Shown here piece by piece: positions 53,546 through 63,412 of a stretch of DNA of 64,000 nt (position 1 is the stretch's first letter; the number at the start of each line of letters is the position of its first letter). Under the pieces are notes generated by a model that saw nothing but the letters and a program-made list of their open reading frames with translations, did no database searches and had not been told where the DNA came from. This DNA comes from Phormidium sp. (GTDB lineage: Bacteria; Cyanobacteriota; Cyanobacteriia; Cyanobacteriales; Aerosakkonemataceae). A program made the position numbers and the translations under genes. The DNA lies in contig CP143273.1 of NCBI GenBank assembly GCA_051013385.1, positions 832,001-896,000 of the forward strand, in the 5' to 3' direction.

Positions 53546-54643
53546 TTAAGAACCAGGTTGATTTTTGGGTGCTTTAGGATCAAAGTGAGATTTGACTTGT
53601 TCTAATTCAATATCAATCTGACTCTTTGATTTTGCCGTTCCTAAAAATTGCGATCGCAGTTCCTCTAAATCTTTATCAACTGGACTATTCGCTGATTTAT
53701 TTATTGTCTTGTTGGCAGGTGCAGGTGGGGGAGTTTTTAACGGAGGTTGGCTGGGTGTGACTGAAGTTGGCGAATTTAAATCTTTGAGAACTTCGGCGGC
53801 TGATTGATAACGTTTGTTGATAGCATTTTCTAGCATTTTATCTAAAATACTACCAAGTGAATTACTAACTGGACGTTGTAAAAATTTCCGCCAAACCCAG
53901 GTATCTTCTTCCAAATTATATAGGTCGAAAGGTGACATTCTTGTTAATAAATGAATGCAAGTGACACCTAAACTATAAATATCACTAGAAAAAACGGCTT
54001 TACCACGCGACTGTTCTGGTGCTACATATTCCGGGCTACCAATACTAGTCCCGGTTTTTTGTAGGGCAGTACCAGCAGTAGTTTTAGCTGCACCAAAATC
54101 AACCAAAAACAACTTATTATCGCTGGTTCTTCTAATTATATTGTCTGGCTTAATATCGCGATGAATTACTTGGCGACTATGAACAAATTGCATAATTGGT
54201 AATAAATCATTTAACAATTGGCAAATTTGTGTTTCATTAAAAGCGCCTTTTTGGTTTAATTCTTGGGATAAAGTTTGCCCATCAATGAATTCTTGAATTA
54301 GATATTGCTGGTTATCTTGAGTGAAATAAGCTAGTAATTCTGGAATTTGCGGATGTTTACCTAATTCATCTAATTGTACTGCTTCTTGATTAAATAATTC
54401 TGCTGCTTTTTGGGCGTTATTTGTACCTTGGGCTAAAGGTAAAAATTGTTTAATTACGCAGGGAGGTTTAGATGGTTTATCTTCATCTATTGCTAAAAAT
54501 GTTCTGCCAAAACCTCCTTGTCCAATAGGTTTTATTGCTCGATAACGTTCTCTTAGCAAAAGTTTTGCGCCGCAGGTAACACAAAAGTTTGTAGTTCCAG
54601 GGTTTTGGGGATTTGGGCAATTAGGATTGAGGCAGTAACTCAT
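53546..54643 (-). CDS. Ser/Thr protein kinase with 4-Cys N-terminal prefix
   Basis: MSYCLNPNC...FCVTCG; GQGGFG, HRDIKPDN, DFG and APE. Confidence 0.93.
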   Translation of the reverse strand: MSYCLNPNCPNPQNPGTTNFCVTCGAKLLLRERYRAIKPIGQGGFGRTFLAIDEDKPSKPPCVIKQFLPLAQGTNNAQKAAELFNQEAVQLDELGKHPQIPELLAYFTQDNQQYLIQEFIDGQTLSQELNQKGAFNETQICQLLNDLLPIMQFVHSRQVIHRDIKPDNIIRRTSDNKLFLVDFGAAKTTAGTALQKTGTSIGSPEYVAPEQSRGKAVFSSDIYSLGVTCIHLLTRMSPFDLYNLEEDTWVWRKFLQRPVSNSLGSILDKMLENAINKRYQSAAEVLKDLNSPTSVTPSQPPLKTPPPAPANKTINKSANSPVDKDLEELRSQFLGTAKSKSQIDIELEQVKSHFDPKAPKNQPGS

Positions 54644-54694
54644 AATATTTTACCAATTAATTAATGATGGGGTATAGCATATTATAAAACTTAC

Positions 54695-55014
54695 AGGACT
54701 TATGCAAGTGTCAGATTTGGATCGAATTGTAGGGTGCGTCAGACATTAAATTTGATTGAAAGAATCAGGGTTTTAGCGTCTGACGCACCCTACTGTAGGT
54801 GCAAATAAATAAAGTGATAATAGTTATCTAAGGATAGGGCGGGCAGGATGCCCACCCCACAAGAGTTACAGCTTTCTTGTGGGGTGGGCATCCTGCCCGC
54901 AAAAGGTTTTCACTTTATTTATATCTACCTACTTATTGCAAAACCCTGTAGAGACGTTATATATAACGTCTCTACATTTATGAGATATATAATGTCTCTA
55001 CATTATGGGTAATC
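54695..55014. mobile_element. Stack of small palindromic/MITE-like elements
   Basis: AGGACTTATGCA end (54695); GTAGGGTGCGTCAGAC/GTCTGACGCACCCTAC (54729-54793); 23-bp imperfect TIR element 54795-54932 with an internal GGGCAGGATGCCCACCCCACAAGA hairpin; TGTAGAGACGTTATATATAACGTCTCTACA (54947-54976). Confidence 0.75.
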
Positions 55015-55029
55015 TTGCTGGACATGATA

Positions 55030-57425
55030 TTACCGCCCATCGCCAATTAAAATAAAAGGCGACCAATAGTGAGGATGAGAATAATCGCTCTGAATTAGAC
55101 TAAGTTTCGCTTTTCGTAAGGCTTCACTTTTGCTCATTCCTTGCTTCATATTTTGATAAAACTGAATCATTAAATCCTTTGTCGCAGCATCATTAACACT
55201 CCAGAGAGTTGCTATTATCGATTTAGCGCCTGCACGTTCAAATATATAGGCGACTCCGGCTATTTCTTCACCATTGGAATTTGTTTCTATCGCAGTTTGA
55301 CAAGCGCTGAGGGTGAGGAGTTGGGTATTTTGTAATCCTAATAAGGCAGCATCGGCTATTTTGAATTGTTGATCTGCAAACAGGATTGTGTTTGCTTCCA
55401 TGTTCAAGTTTTTACAACCTTGGGGTTGAAAACAGCCGTGTGTTGCTAAGTGTAGGAGTGGAAAACGGGAGGCGGCAATTTTGAATTTTTCCAGGGTTGC
55501 ATCGTTGTGGATAAATACTTGGCTTCCTGGGAACATCTGGGCAATATTTTTTACTTCTTCCTCTGTTACGGGTAGATTTTGCGGATCTTGGGGAATCGGA
55601 TTTCCTAATGCAAAAATACCCTTTTGTAGAGAGGTTTGATTTTGTGGAGAGGTTTGATTTTGTAGAGACGTTTCATGAAACGTCTCTACATTATTCGATT
55701 TTAAAGAACGACTGGAAAGGCGAGTCAGATAATTAATCGGATATTTTTGGATTAAATATTGTTCTGTTTGTTGGTCATAGAGAGTTTCAAAGGGAATATA
55801 TCGCAGTTTGCCTGTGGCGATGATGCTCAATTGTTTGGGTGAAAAGGCTTTGATTTTGTCTTCTACTGGGCGAATGAGAATGTCATAAAGTTTGATTCCG
55901 ATTTCTTTATCTCTGTCACCTATGCCTTGCAGTTGTTGGCGGTAGGTTGTCACGAGTTCGTCGAATTCTTTTGGGTCAATTGGTTTTTTAATTACGCTTA
56001 GTTGGTCTTTGGTTAAGATAAATATGGCTACGGTATTGGGGACGTTTGTTACATTTGTTAGTAAGATGGGTTGAATTACGACGGTTCCTTCTGGGATGCT
56101 TTCTCTTAGCAGTTTAATGTCTGTGGGTTTGGTTTCAAATAGTTCAGCACCTTCGGGAAATTGGCGGGAGATGTCTTCTGCTAGTTTGTTGTTTTGTTCT
56201 TGCAAGGCATTTATTTGTTGGGATAATTGGTCTGATGGTTTAGAATAATTTTGTTGATATAAAAATTGAATTTGTTCATTTCTTTGTTTCCATTGGTCAA
56301 TTAATTGCTGTAATTGTGAGTTGGAAACTCTGGCGTTAATTAGGCGGATGTAGTCGGCGAGGTCGGCTGTGGTGGTGAGGTTGGCCCATTCAAAAGCTTT
56401 TTCTGGTTGGTTTTGGTCGATTAGGAGGGAGATTAGGGCGATCAAAGTTCCTTGTTCTTTCTGTAAAAATGATTGGCGATTATTTCGTAGTAAAGCTTTA
56501 CGTAACTTTAGAATAATCATAACTGCCTGCTCTAATTTAGCAATTGCCTTAGTAGGTTGATTAGTATCTTGGTAAATAGCAGCAATATTACTTAAAGTTG
56601 CAGCTTGCCCTGCACGATCACCTACAGTTTCAAGTAAAGGTAAGGCACGCTTATAATATTCTAATGCTTGCTGTCTTTCTCCACTCTCACTGTAGACCCT
56701 AGCAATGTTAGATAATATAGCAGCTTGTCCTTTCCGATCACCTATAAATTCAGCTAAAAATAAGGTGTCGTTTAAATTGCCCAAAACCAGCTGGCTTTCC
56801 CCCAATTTATTGGAAACCGAATAAAGATTATTCAATGTTATAATATATAATGCTATCACCTCTCTTGGTGAATGTTTTCCATTTGTAGAATGGTCTAAGA
56901 ATTGTTCAATTTTCTCATAGTTAGATTCTATGTATAACGCCAAATATGGAGTAACAGTTAGTATAAATCTGTCAGCAAAACGCATTGCCTGTTCTAAATA
57001 TTCTAATGCCTTTTGCCTATCTCCTATACTTTTGTAAACTGAACCAATACTATTTAGAATGCTAATTTCTAGAAAAATATTTTCAATTTCCTTAGCAATT
57101 AGCAAAGCTTGGTTGTAGTTTTCCAAGGCTAGCATTTGCTCACCAAGTTTGTCGTAGTTATCACCAATACCGATTAGTGCTGTTACTTCTAATCGTCTGA
57201 ATTTGATTCTTTTGGCAATAGATAAAACTTGTTTAAATATTTTTATGGCTTGTAAGTGTTGCTGTTGCTGAGTTCTATGCCTTCCTTCTTTTAAAAGAGT
57301 ATTTATTTCTTCCTCTAAATTTTCACTTTGTCCCAACTAGGTCGAACCATCAGCGGAACAGTTAAAGGAATAAAACAAACACCAAAAGCCAAAACACCAC
57401 TAATAATTAATTTAATCGCTCTCAT
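55030..57425 (-). CDS. Secreted TPR + CHAT (caspase-like) protein, frameshifted just after its signal peptide
   Basis: TPRs; LHLATHG and LSACQT catalytic motifs; HPHYWSPFILIGD end. The signal peptide from ATG 57425 is out of frame with the main ORF (57336). Confidence 0.85.
55623..55690. repeat. In-frame REP-like palindrome plus 18-bp tandem repeats inside the CHAT domain
   Basis: TGTAGAGACGTTTCATGAAACGTCTCTACA (55661-55690), encoding NVETFHETSLQ followed by NQTSPQNQTSLQ. Confidence 0.8.
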
Positions 57426-57435
57426 CTCACTGCAC

Positions 57436-57771
57436 CTATATAAACCAGTTTTCTACTTGAAGTTCGAGAAAATCTGCGTAATCTGACACATTATTAGTGA
57501 CAAGAATCAGATTATTAACTTTGGCAATAGCAGCAATTTGACCATCTGCAAAAGAAGGGGTTTTTCCGATAGTTACCAAACGCGCTCTTTCTTCTGCGTG
57601 CCATTTAGCTGAATTGGCATCATAAGGTAGTAGAGGAATTTTAGTCTCTTCTAGTTCTCTGAGATAATTTTCTATCATCTGGCGCTTCTTTGATTTGGCA
57701 TCAAATTCTTCTGTTGCTTTAGGAAATTTGTTGATTATAGCAATACAAATATTGCTATCTAATAAATACAC
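57436..57771 (-). pseudogene. VapC/PIN toxin with internal deletion or chimeric junction
   Basis: YLLDSNICI N-terminus and DGQIAAIA...LVTNNVSDY C-terminus are present, but the S.I...E helix segment is missing; only 111 aa. Confidence 0.65.
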
Positions 57772-57773
57772 AA

Positions 57774-58040
57774 TTACCTCACATTTATTTCATTGATTTT
57801 TTGCTGTTGAATTTGGCGATCGAGTTGACGTTCCTTTTCCAAAAAATCGCCTATTTTTGCCCACTCTTCTCTATCTTCATCAGAAAGACTTTCTAAAAAT
57901 TCCTTCATTTTTTGCAACTTTTCTTCATTACTCCTGTTCTGAATCACTTCAATCTCGATATTCACTTCTTGACCATCAGGAATATTAATTTCTTGTGAAA
58001 GTTCGATCGCTTTCCCCCGTTTGATGCCTTTGATTTTCAT
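57774..58040 (-). CDS. Putative antitoxin upstream of the PIN gene
   Basis: MKIKGIKRGKAIELSQEINIPDGQEVNIEIE beta-rich N-terminus; 2 bp from the PIN start. Confidence 0.72.
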   Translation of the reverse strand: MKIKGIKRGKAIELSQEINIPDGQEVNIEIEVIQNRSNEEKLQKMKEFLESLSDEDREEWAKIGDFLEKERQLDRQIQQQKINEINVR

Positions 58041-58077
58041 GTTGGTTGTCTCCATGCTACTGGGTTGATAACCCATT

Positions 58078-58313
58078 ATGTAGAGACGTTATATATAACG
58101 TCTCTACAGGGTTTTGCATTAATAATATTATGGTCGATCGGCGGATAGGGTGCTGAGTACTACTGCGTACACCTAATAGCTTATTCGATTATCTAAATTT
58201 TTGGTACAACCGGTTGGGATGGGACGGGCAGGATGCCCACCCCACAAGAAAGCTGACTCTTGTGGGGTGGGCAGGATGCCCGCCTTAGTTTTCACTTTAT
58301 TTATATCTACCTA
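58078..58313. repeat. Repeat cluster matching 54840-54977
   Basis: 41-bp inverted copy of 54937-54977 at 58078-58118; direct partial copy of the TIR element at 58225-58313. Confidence 0.8.
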
Positions 58314-58950
58314 ATTACCTATTTCACTTAATAGGGTGTGACGATAATAGTCATGGTTTTGTCGGCTAAATTAAAGCGCATTTCATCTACTACGTAGGTA
58401 TTTGTTTTGGCGATCGATACAATACTTTCTAATCGCGTTCGATCGACTACAGGCGGCCCTAATCTTACTTCTGCTTGACCTTTAATCGGGTCTTTCAAAA
58501 TAAAAGCATTCAGCGGAATTTTTTCCCAAGATCTTGGCAGTAAAACTCTCTCACCCCGGATAAAAGGAACCGCAGATGCCAGAAGAGATGCAGGACAAAA
58601 TTCTACTTTACCAGTTGTCACTTTAGTAACACCAGAAAACCGTTCACCTTTAGGACGTAAACTAGACGATGAATTCACAGATCCGAGTTTAAAGGGCTAT
58701 CGGATAATTGGCGATCGAGGTTTATTTAATTCAGTAGTAGGCAAAGAAGATACAGATATTAGTAATAAAAAGAATCCGAGAGTTTGGAGATTATTAATGG
58801 AACGTGGCGGTTGGATTTATTTGTTTCCCGCTTTACCTGCGAATTCTCAAGCAAGCGATCGACCAATAGTTATCGCCATCCAAGAAAGTCAGTCTAGCTC
58901 ACATTTAATGATTTTAACTGGAGAAACATCAAAAGCAAAATCACCTTAAA

Positions 58951-59787
58951 TTAGTTACCGTTTCCTCCTAATAAATAACGCAGTCGCCATTGTCCATCAA
59001 CCCGAGCAAAACTAATGCGGTAATCTCTCGGTTCATAATAAACCAACTGATTTTGCACCCAACCTTTTTTACTGTTTTTAAGAATCACGGGAGTCCAACC
59101 ATCAAATTGATTCACTAATTCTCGTTCTGCTTCTGATAAGTTCTGGTAAGTTTCCGAATCAAATTGAACTAAATCTTTAGAAACTACTCCGACGATAGGT
59201 GAATTAGTTTTTGCTTCGGTGCGAATGTTGACGCGATCGGCAATAATTGCTACTTGAGTTTGCCAGTCAGAATCATAAATTGGTTTACCGAAAGTTTTGG
59301 GACAAACCCAAATTTCGTTTTCCGTTTCTTGCTTAGTTATTCTCGTAGTAAGTTCTAATGTACAGCCAGCAGTAACAGCTTTTTCTATTTGTTGCCAAAA
59401 AGCAGAATTTTTATCTTCTAGATCATAGTTGTCCAAACTTAATGATTGTGCAGAAATTGATTGAGTTTGCGGAGTCACGAGGGCGCGAATAAAAGTTTCA
59501 TCACGGCGCTTTACTGCGGTTAAAAAAGATTGGCGGAATTGAGAAAAATCTACTTTACTGGATAGGGGATTATTTGTAGATAATGTAGTTTTATTATGGT
59601 TATAATTTCCTGGTTTTTGCAAGTTTAAGTCTTTTGGTAAGGAGTTATTTTCCCAAGATTGAGGGAAGAAAACTGGAGTATTTAAAGCAGACTGTTTACC
59701 ATTTAAATAAGTGATAGTTGCTAAAGTTGAACCTGCGATCGCGCCAAGGACTATCATGATAAACATCAAAATGTGTGGAAATCTCAT
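58951..59787 (-). CDS. Exported SH3b-domain protein
   Basis: N-terminal TM; DFSQFRQSFLTAVKRRD; VNIRTEA..NSPIVG...W..V.L...KKGWV; YRISFARVDGQWRL. Confidence 0.8.
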   Translation of the reverse strand: MRFPHILMFIMIVLGAIAGSTLATITYLNGKQSALNTPVFFPQSWENNSLPKDLNLQKPGNYNHNKTTLSTNNPLSSKVDFSQFRQSFLTAVKRRDETFIRALVTPQTQSISAQSLSLDNYDLEDKNSAFWQQIEKAVTAGCTLELTTRITKQETENEIWVCPKTFGKPIYDSDWQTQVAIIADRVNIRTEAKTNSPIVGVVSKDLVQFDSETYQNLSEAERELVNQFDGWTPVILKNSKKGWVQNQLVYYEPRDYRISFARVDGQWRLRYLLGGNGN

Positions 59788-59936
59788 ACCTGTTCCTCTG
59801 CAAGTAAATTATCGGGGAGAGATAGTTACCCTGACTGATACTATTTTATACTTTTACTGTTTCCTAAAACAGCAATAAACCCGTCAGGAAAAAAACGGGT
59901 TTTACATAACTCAATATAATAACCTAATCATTAGCT

Positions 59937-60512
59937 CTAGTAACTTGGTGCGTTACCAGCTTTCCACTTAATATTACAACCGACGCTGGGTTTTTGTTCT
60001 TGACTCACAGGTTGATTACTTAATACAGCATCCATAGCGGCGCGTAAATCTTTACCTGTCACAGGAATTCCATTACTAGGGCGACTATCATCCAATTGAC
60101 CGCGATAAACTAATTGTCTATGGCGATCGAAGAGGAAAAAATCAGGGGTACAAGCGGCAGTATATGCTTTAGCAACTTCCTGAGTTTCATCATAACAGAA
60201 AGGAAAAGTAACCCCAAGTTCTAAAGCCATTTCTTTGAGTTTTTCCGGTGCATCATCAGGGTAATTTTTGGCATCATTGGCGCTGATAGCAACTATTCCC
60301 AAACTCTGATTTTTGTAATCTTTTCCTAATTGTGCCAACTCATCTTTAATATGTTTGACAAAGGGACAATGGCGACAAATAAACATCACTAGTAATGCTT
60401 CCTTGTCAGCAAAGGTAGCCAGGGAAATTTTTTCATTGGATACTACATCTGGTAGTTGAAAATCGGGTGCTTTGGTATCCAATGCCAACATAGTTGAAGG
60501 TGTTAACGCCAT
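59937..60512 (-). CDS. Thioredoxin-fold (AhpC/TSA-like) protein
   Basis: APDFQLPD, FICRHCPFV, AACTPDFFLF, YRGQLDD and PSVGCNIKW. Confidence 0.92.
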   Translation of the reverse strand: MALTPSTMLALDTKAPDFQLPDVVSNEKISLATFADKEALLVMFICRHCPFVKHIKDELAQLGKDYKNQSLGIVAISANDAKNYPDDAPEKLKEMALELGVTFPFCYDETQEVAKAYTAACTPDFFLFDRHRQLVYRGQLDDSRPSNGIPVTGKDLRAAMDAVLSNQPVSQEQKPSVGCNIKWKAGNAPSY

Positions 60513-60545
60513 GATTGCAAATGCCTTTAGTAGAAGTGCTTATTA

Positions 60546-60809
60546 TTAAGATATCAGATGCTCGGATTTTTTCTTGTAGCATTGACGTTTGATTTGCCAA
60601 CCAATACCAACAGCGGCAAAACCTAATAAGCTAAAAGCAGAAGTAGGTTCGGGGACAGATTGAGAAACGGGTGTGAGGAGAAAGCTACGCTGTTGACCAT
60701 TGAGATACCCACTGCCAATAATTTGCCCTTGATTATTAATTTTTAAGGCAGAAGTTAGTTGCCAAGCTAAATTATTATCAATCTGCTGAGTTACTAACTT
60801 GGTGGGAAC
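60546..60809 (-). pseudogene. C-terminal remnant of a HAF-repeat PEP-CTERM surface protein
   Basis: Hand translation ...WQLTSALKINNQGQIIGSGYLNGQQRSFLLTPVSQSVPEPTSAFSLLGFAAVGIGWQIKR...; in-frame stop upstream and no start. Confidence 0.75.
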
Positions 60810-61046
60810 TTATCGTGAGTTTATTTAGTCAAAACATAGCGATCGCCAACAATTTATAAACCTATCTTAGGGAAGGTAAATAAACAGAAATAGGATTTTA
60901 TGTATAATCAAGTAAAAATGGTAACGCCATTAAGTTTAAGATTACCAGCCAAAAAACTGGCAACGTTGAATAATTACACAGTTGCTTAGTTGAGCTAATC
61001 TGGATCAGATAGGTTAAAATCTAACAGCCCAACTTGAAAGTTAGGT

Positions 61047-63245
61047 ATGATGCCGATTTATTGCTCAAAGGGACACGAAAACGCTAATACTAATCTGTAT
61101 TGTCAACAGTGTGGGGAGAAGCTGGATCAACCTGTGGTTAAAGGTGTTTATCCGGGGTTGCTGCTGGGCGATCGCTATCGGATCGTCCGTCAACTGGGAC
61201 AAGGTGGGTTTGGGCGTAGTTACCTAGCGGAAGACTCTAACCGCTTCAATGAACCCTGTGTGTTGAAAGAGTTCGCCCCCCAAGTTCAGGGTACTTACGC
61301 ATTACAAAAAGCTGTAGAATTGTTTGAAAGAGAAGCTGGCATTCTCTACAAATTACAACATTCGCAAATTCCTAAGTTTCGGGAATTATTTCGGGCAAAA
61401 CTTCAAGATGAAGGGCATTTATTTTTAGTTCAAGATTATATTGAAGGGGAAACTTATCGCGCTTTATTAGAAGCAAGAAAACGCCAAAAGCAGAAATTTA
61501 CAGAACCAGAAGTTAAGCAATTAATGTGGCAACTTTTGCCAGTGTTGGATTATATCCACAATTTTGGCGTAATTCACCGAGATATTTCTCCTGATAACAT
61601 TATTTTTAGAAATTCTGATAGTTTACCAGTATTAATTGATTTTGGTGGTGTGAAAGAAGTAGCGGCAAATGCAGAATCTCAGTTTACCCAAGCGCCACCA
61701 AATGTTGCGCCTTCTTATGCTACTCGATTAGGCAAAGTTGGTTATGCACCACATGAACAAATGCAGGTTGGGGTAGTTTATCCTCATAGTGATTTATATG
61801 CTTTGGCGGCGACGGTTTTAGTATTATTAACTGGTAAAGAACCCCAACAATTAATCGATCCGCATAACATGACTTGGAACTGGCGACAAGAAATAAATCT
61901 TAGTCCCAGTTTTGGCATGAATTTGGATAAGATGTTAGCTTATCGTCCGGGCGATCGCTATCAAAGCGCCCGTGAAGTTTTGCAGCTTTTGGGAGGTAAT
62001 ATAAATCCGGTTGTTCCTGTTACCCAAACAGCAAGTTCCGCGACAATTCAAAATACTGTAGCAGTTGCACCAGTAGCAACTCAACCAGCAAAAACTCCTC
62101 CTAGCAGGAATCAAAGTAGTAGCAGTTCAAATGGTTGGTTTGGTAAAATTTTGGCTACTGGTTTAGTAATTGCGATCGCCAGTGGCATAGGGTTAGCAAT
62201 TAGCAATAGTAACTTATTTAAGAAGAGTAGAAAACCGCCTCGCCCACCAGTAGAACAACCAACGGCGACAACAAAACCTGAACCGTCGATCTCGAAACTT
62301 TCCCCACAAGAACAAGCGAGAAAAAATGGGTTGCGCGATCGTCGTCAAGCTTTAGGTATCGATTACAATTTCTTTTTAAATTTAGTCAATGAGACATTTT
62401 GGCAAAGAAACCCTAGTCAGAGAGGAAAGATTTTAAGCGATGAACCAAAAGACGAACAGTTAAGGAGACAATGGGATGGAATTGCTTCAGAATGGTTGGA
62501 TAAACTAGCATTTTTAAGTAGCGAATCTCGTCGGCGTTTGGGAAATTACACGCAAGCAGATCGCTTGCAATGGAAAGCAGAAGTAAATAATAAAAAAGTG
62601 AGTAGTCGTGCCCTTTATGACATTGCAGATGCCGAATTTTTCTCCAGATTTCCTGAACAAAGAGAGAAAAAGTTTATTGATAAACCCATTGGACAAGTTT
62701 GGCAAGCAGTAGTGTTTGATAAAGTCAATGCGATTAAATATGGCAATGCTTTGCAAAGAATCGTATTTCCTGAAGGGGAAATAGGCGAAAGCAAAAGCGG
62801 TACACTCAAACCAGGAGAAGGAAAAGCGTACATTGCTGGACTTGCTGCTGGGCAAATTATGAACGTAAAACTGCAAGCAGATAGCAAAATTTTATTTTCA
62901 GTTTATCCGCCTACAAGCGAACAACCAGCATTATTAGAAGATTCTACCAAACGCACTTGGTCAGGTACACTTCCCCAAGGTGGTTTTTATGAATTTGTTG
63001 TAATTTCTCAAGCAACAAAACCTGTTGATTATCAAATTAGTTTAACTGCGGAAACTCCCCCTGCACCGCCAGAACCAACACCTATTGAAACACCAACTCC
63101 CACTCCTACGCCTATTGAACCAACACCAACAGACACACCTACAGAACCAACACCAACAGACACACCTACAGCAGAACCAACACCAACAGAAACTACTCCA
63201 CCGCCTGTTGAAACATCTCCAAATAATCAGGAAGGGAAGCTTTAG
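61047..63245 (+). CDS. Ser/Thr kinase with Zn-ribbon prefix, TM, extracellular domain and Pro/Thr-rich tail
   Basis: YCSKGHEN...YCQQCG; GQGGFG, HRDISPDN and DFG; TM at ~365-385; EPTPTDTPT repeats. Confidence 0.92.
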   Translation: MMPIYCSKGHENANTNLYCQQCGEKLDQPVVKGVYPGLLLGDRYRIVRQLGQGGFGRSYLAEDSNRFNEPCVLKEFAPQVQGTYALQKAVELFEREAGILYKLQHSQIPKFRELFRAKLQDEGHLFLVQDYIEGETYRALLEARKRQKQKFTEPEVKQLMWQLLPVLDYIHNFGVIHRDISPDNIIFRNSDSLPVLIDFGGVKEVAANAESQFTQAPPNVAPSYATRLGKVGYAPHEQMQVGVVYPHSDLYALAATVLVLLTGKEPQQLIDPHNMTWNWRQEINLSPSFGMNLDKMLAYRPGDRYQSAREVLQLLGGNINPVVPVTQTASSATIQNTVAVAPVATQPAKTPPSRNQSSSSSNGWFGKILATGLVIAIASGIGLAISNSNLFKKSRKPPRPPVEQPTATTKPEPSISKLSPQEQARKNGLRDRRQALGIDYNFFLNLVNETFWQRNPSQRGKILSDEPKDEQLRRQWDGIASEWLDKLAFLSSESRRRLGNYTQADRLQWKAEVNNKKVSSRALYDIADAEFFSRFPEQREKKFIDKPIGQVWQAVVFDKVNAIKYGNALQRIVFPEGEIGESKSGTLKPGEGKAYIAGLAAGQIMNVKLQADSKILFSVYPPTSEQPALLEDSTKRTWSGTLPQGGFYEFVVISQATKPVDYQISLTAETPPAPPEPTPIETPTPTPTPIEPTPTDTPTEPTPTDTPTAEPTPTETTPPPVETSPNNQEGKL

Positions 63246-63340
63246 GTTTGGGGACTGGGGACTGGGATTTCTTATACATCATCAGTAAGGGAAAACCAAT
63301 TTAGGAATGTCCTAACATTTGTGGTAAATGCTAGGCACAA

Positions 63341-63373
63341 AGAAACCCGGTTTCTTGAAGAAACCGGGTTTCT
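63341..63373. repeat. Palindromic element (possible bidirectional terminator)
   Basis: AGAAACCCGGTTTCTT-G-AAGAAACCGGGTTTCT between convergent genes. Confidence 0.7.
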
Positions 63374-63412
63374 GAGGTGTATTTAAATTTGAATCATTGC
63401 TGATAGAAACAA

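Noticed and set aside
63055..63225. Pro/Thr repeats at the kinase C-terminus as a mobile repeat
   Set aside because: This is an ordinary low-complexity coding linker (EPTPTDTPT duplication).
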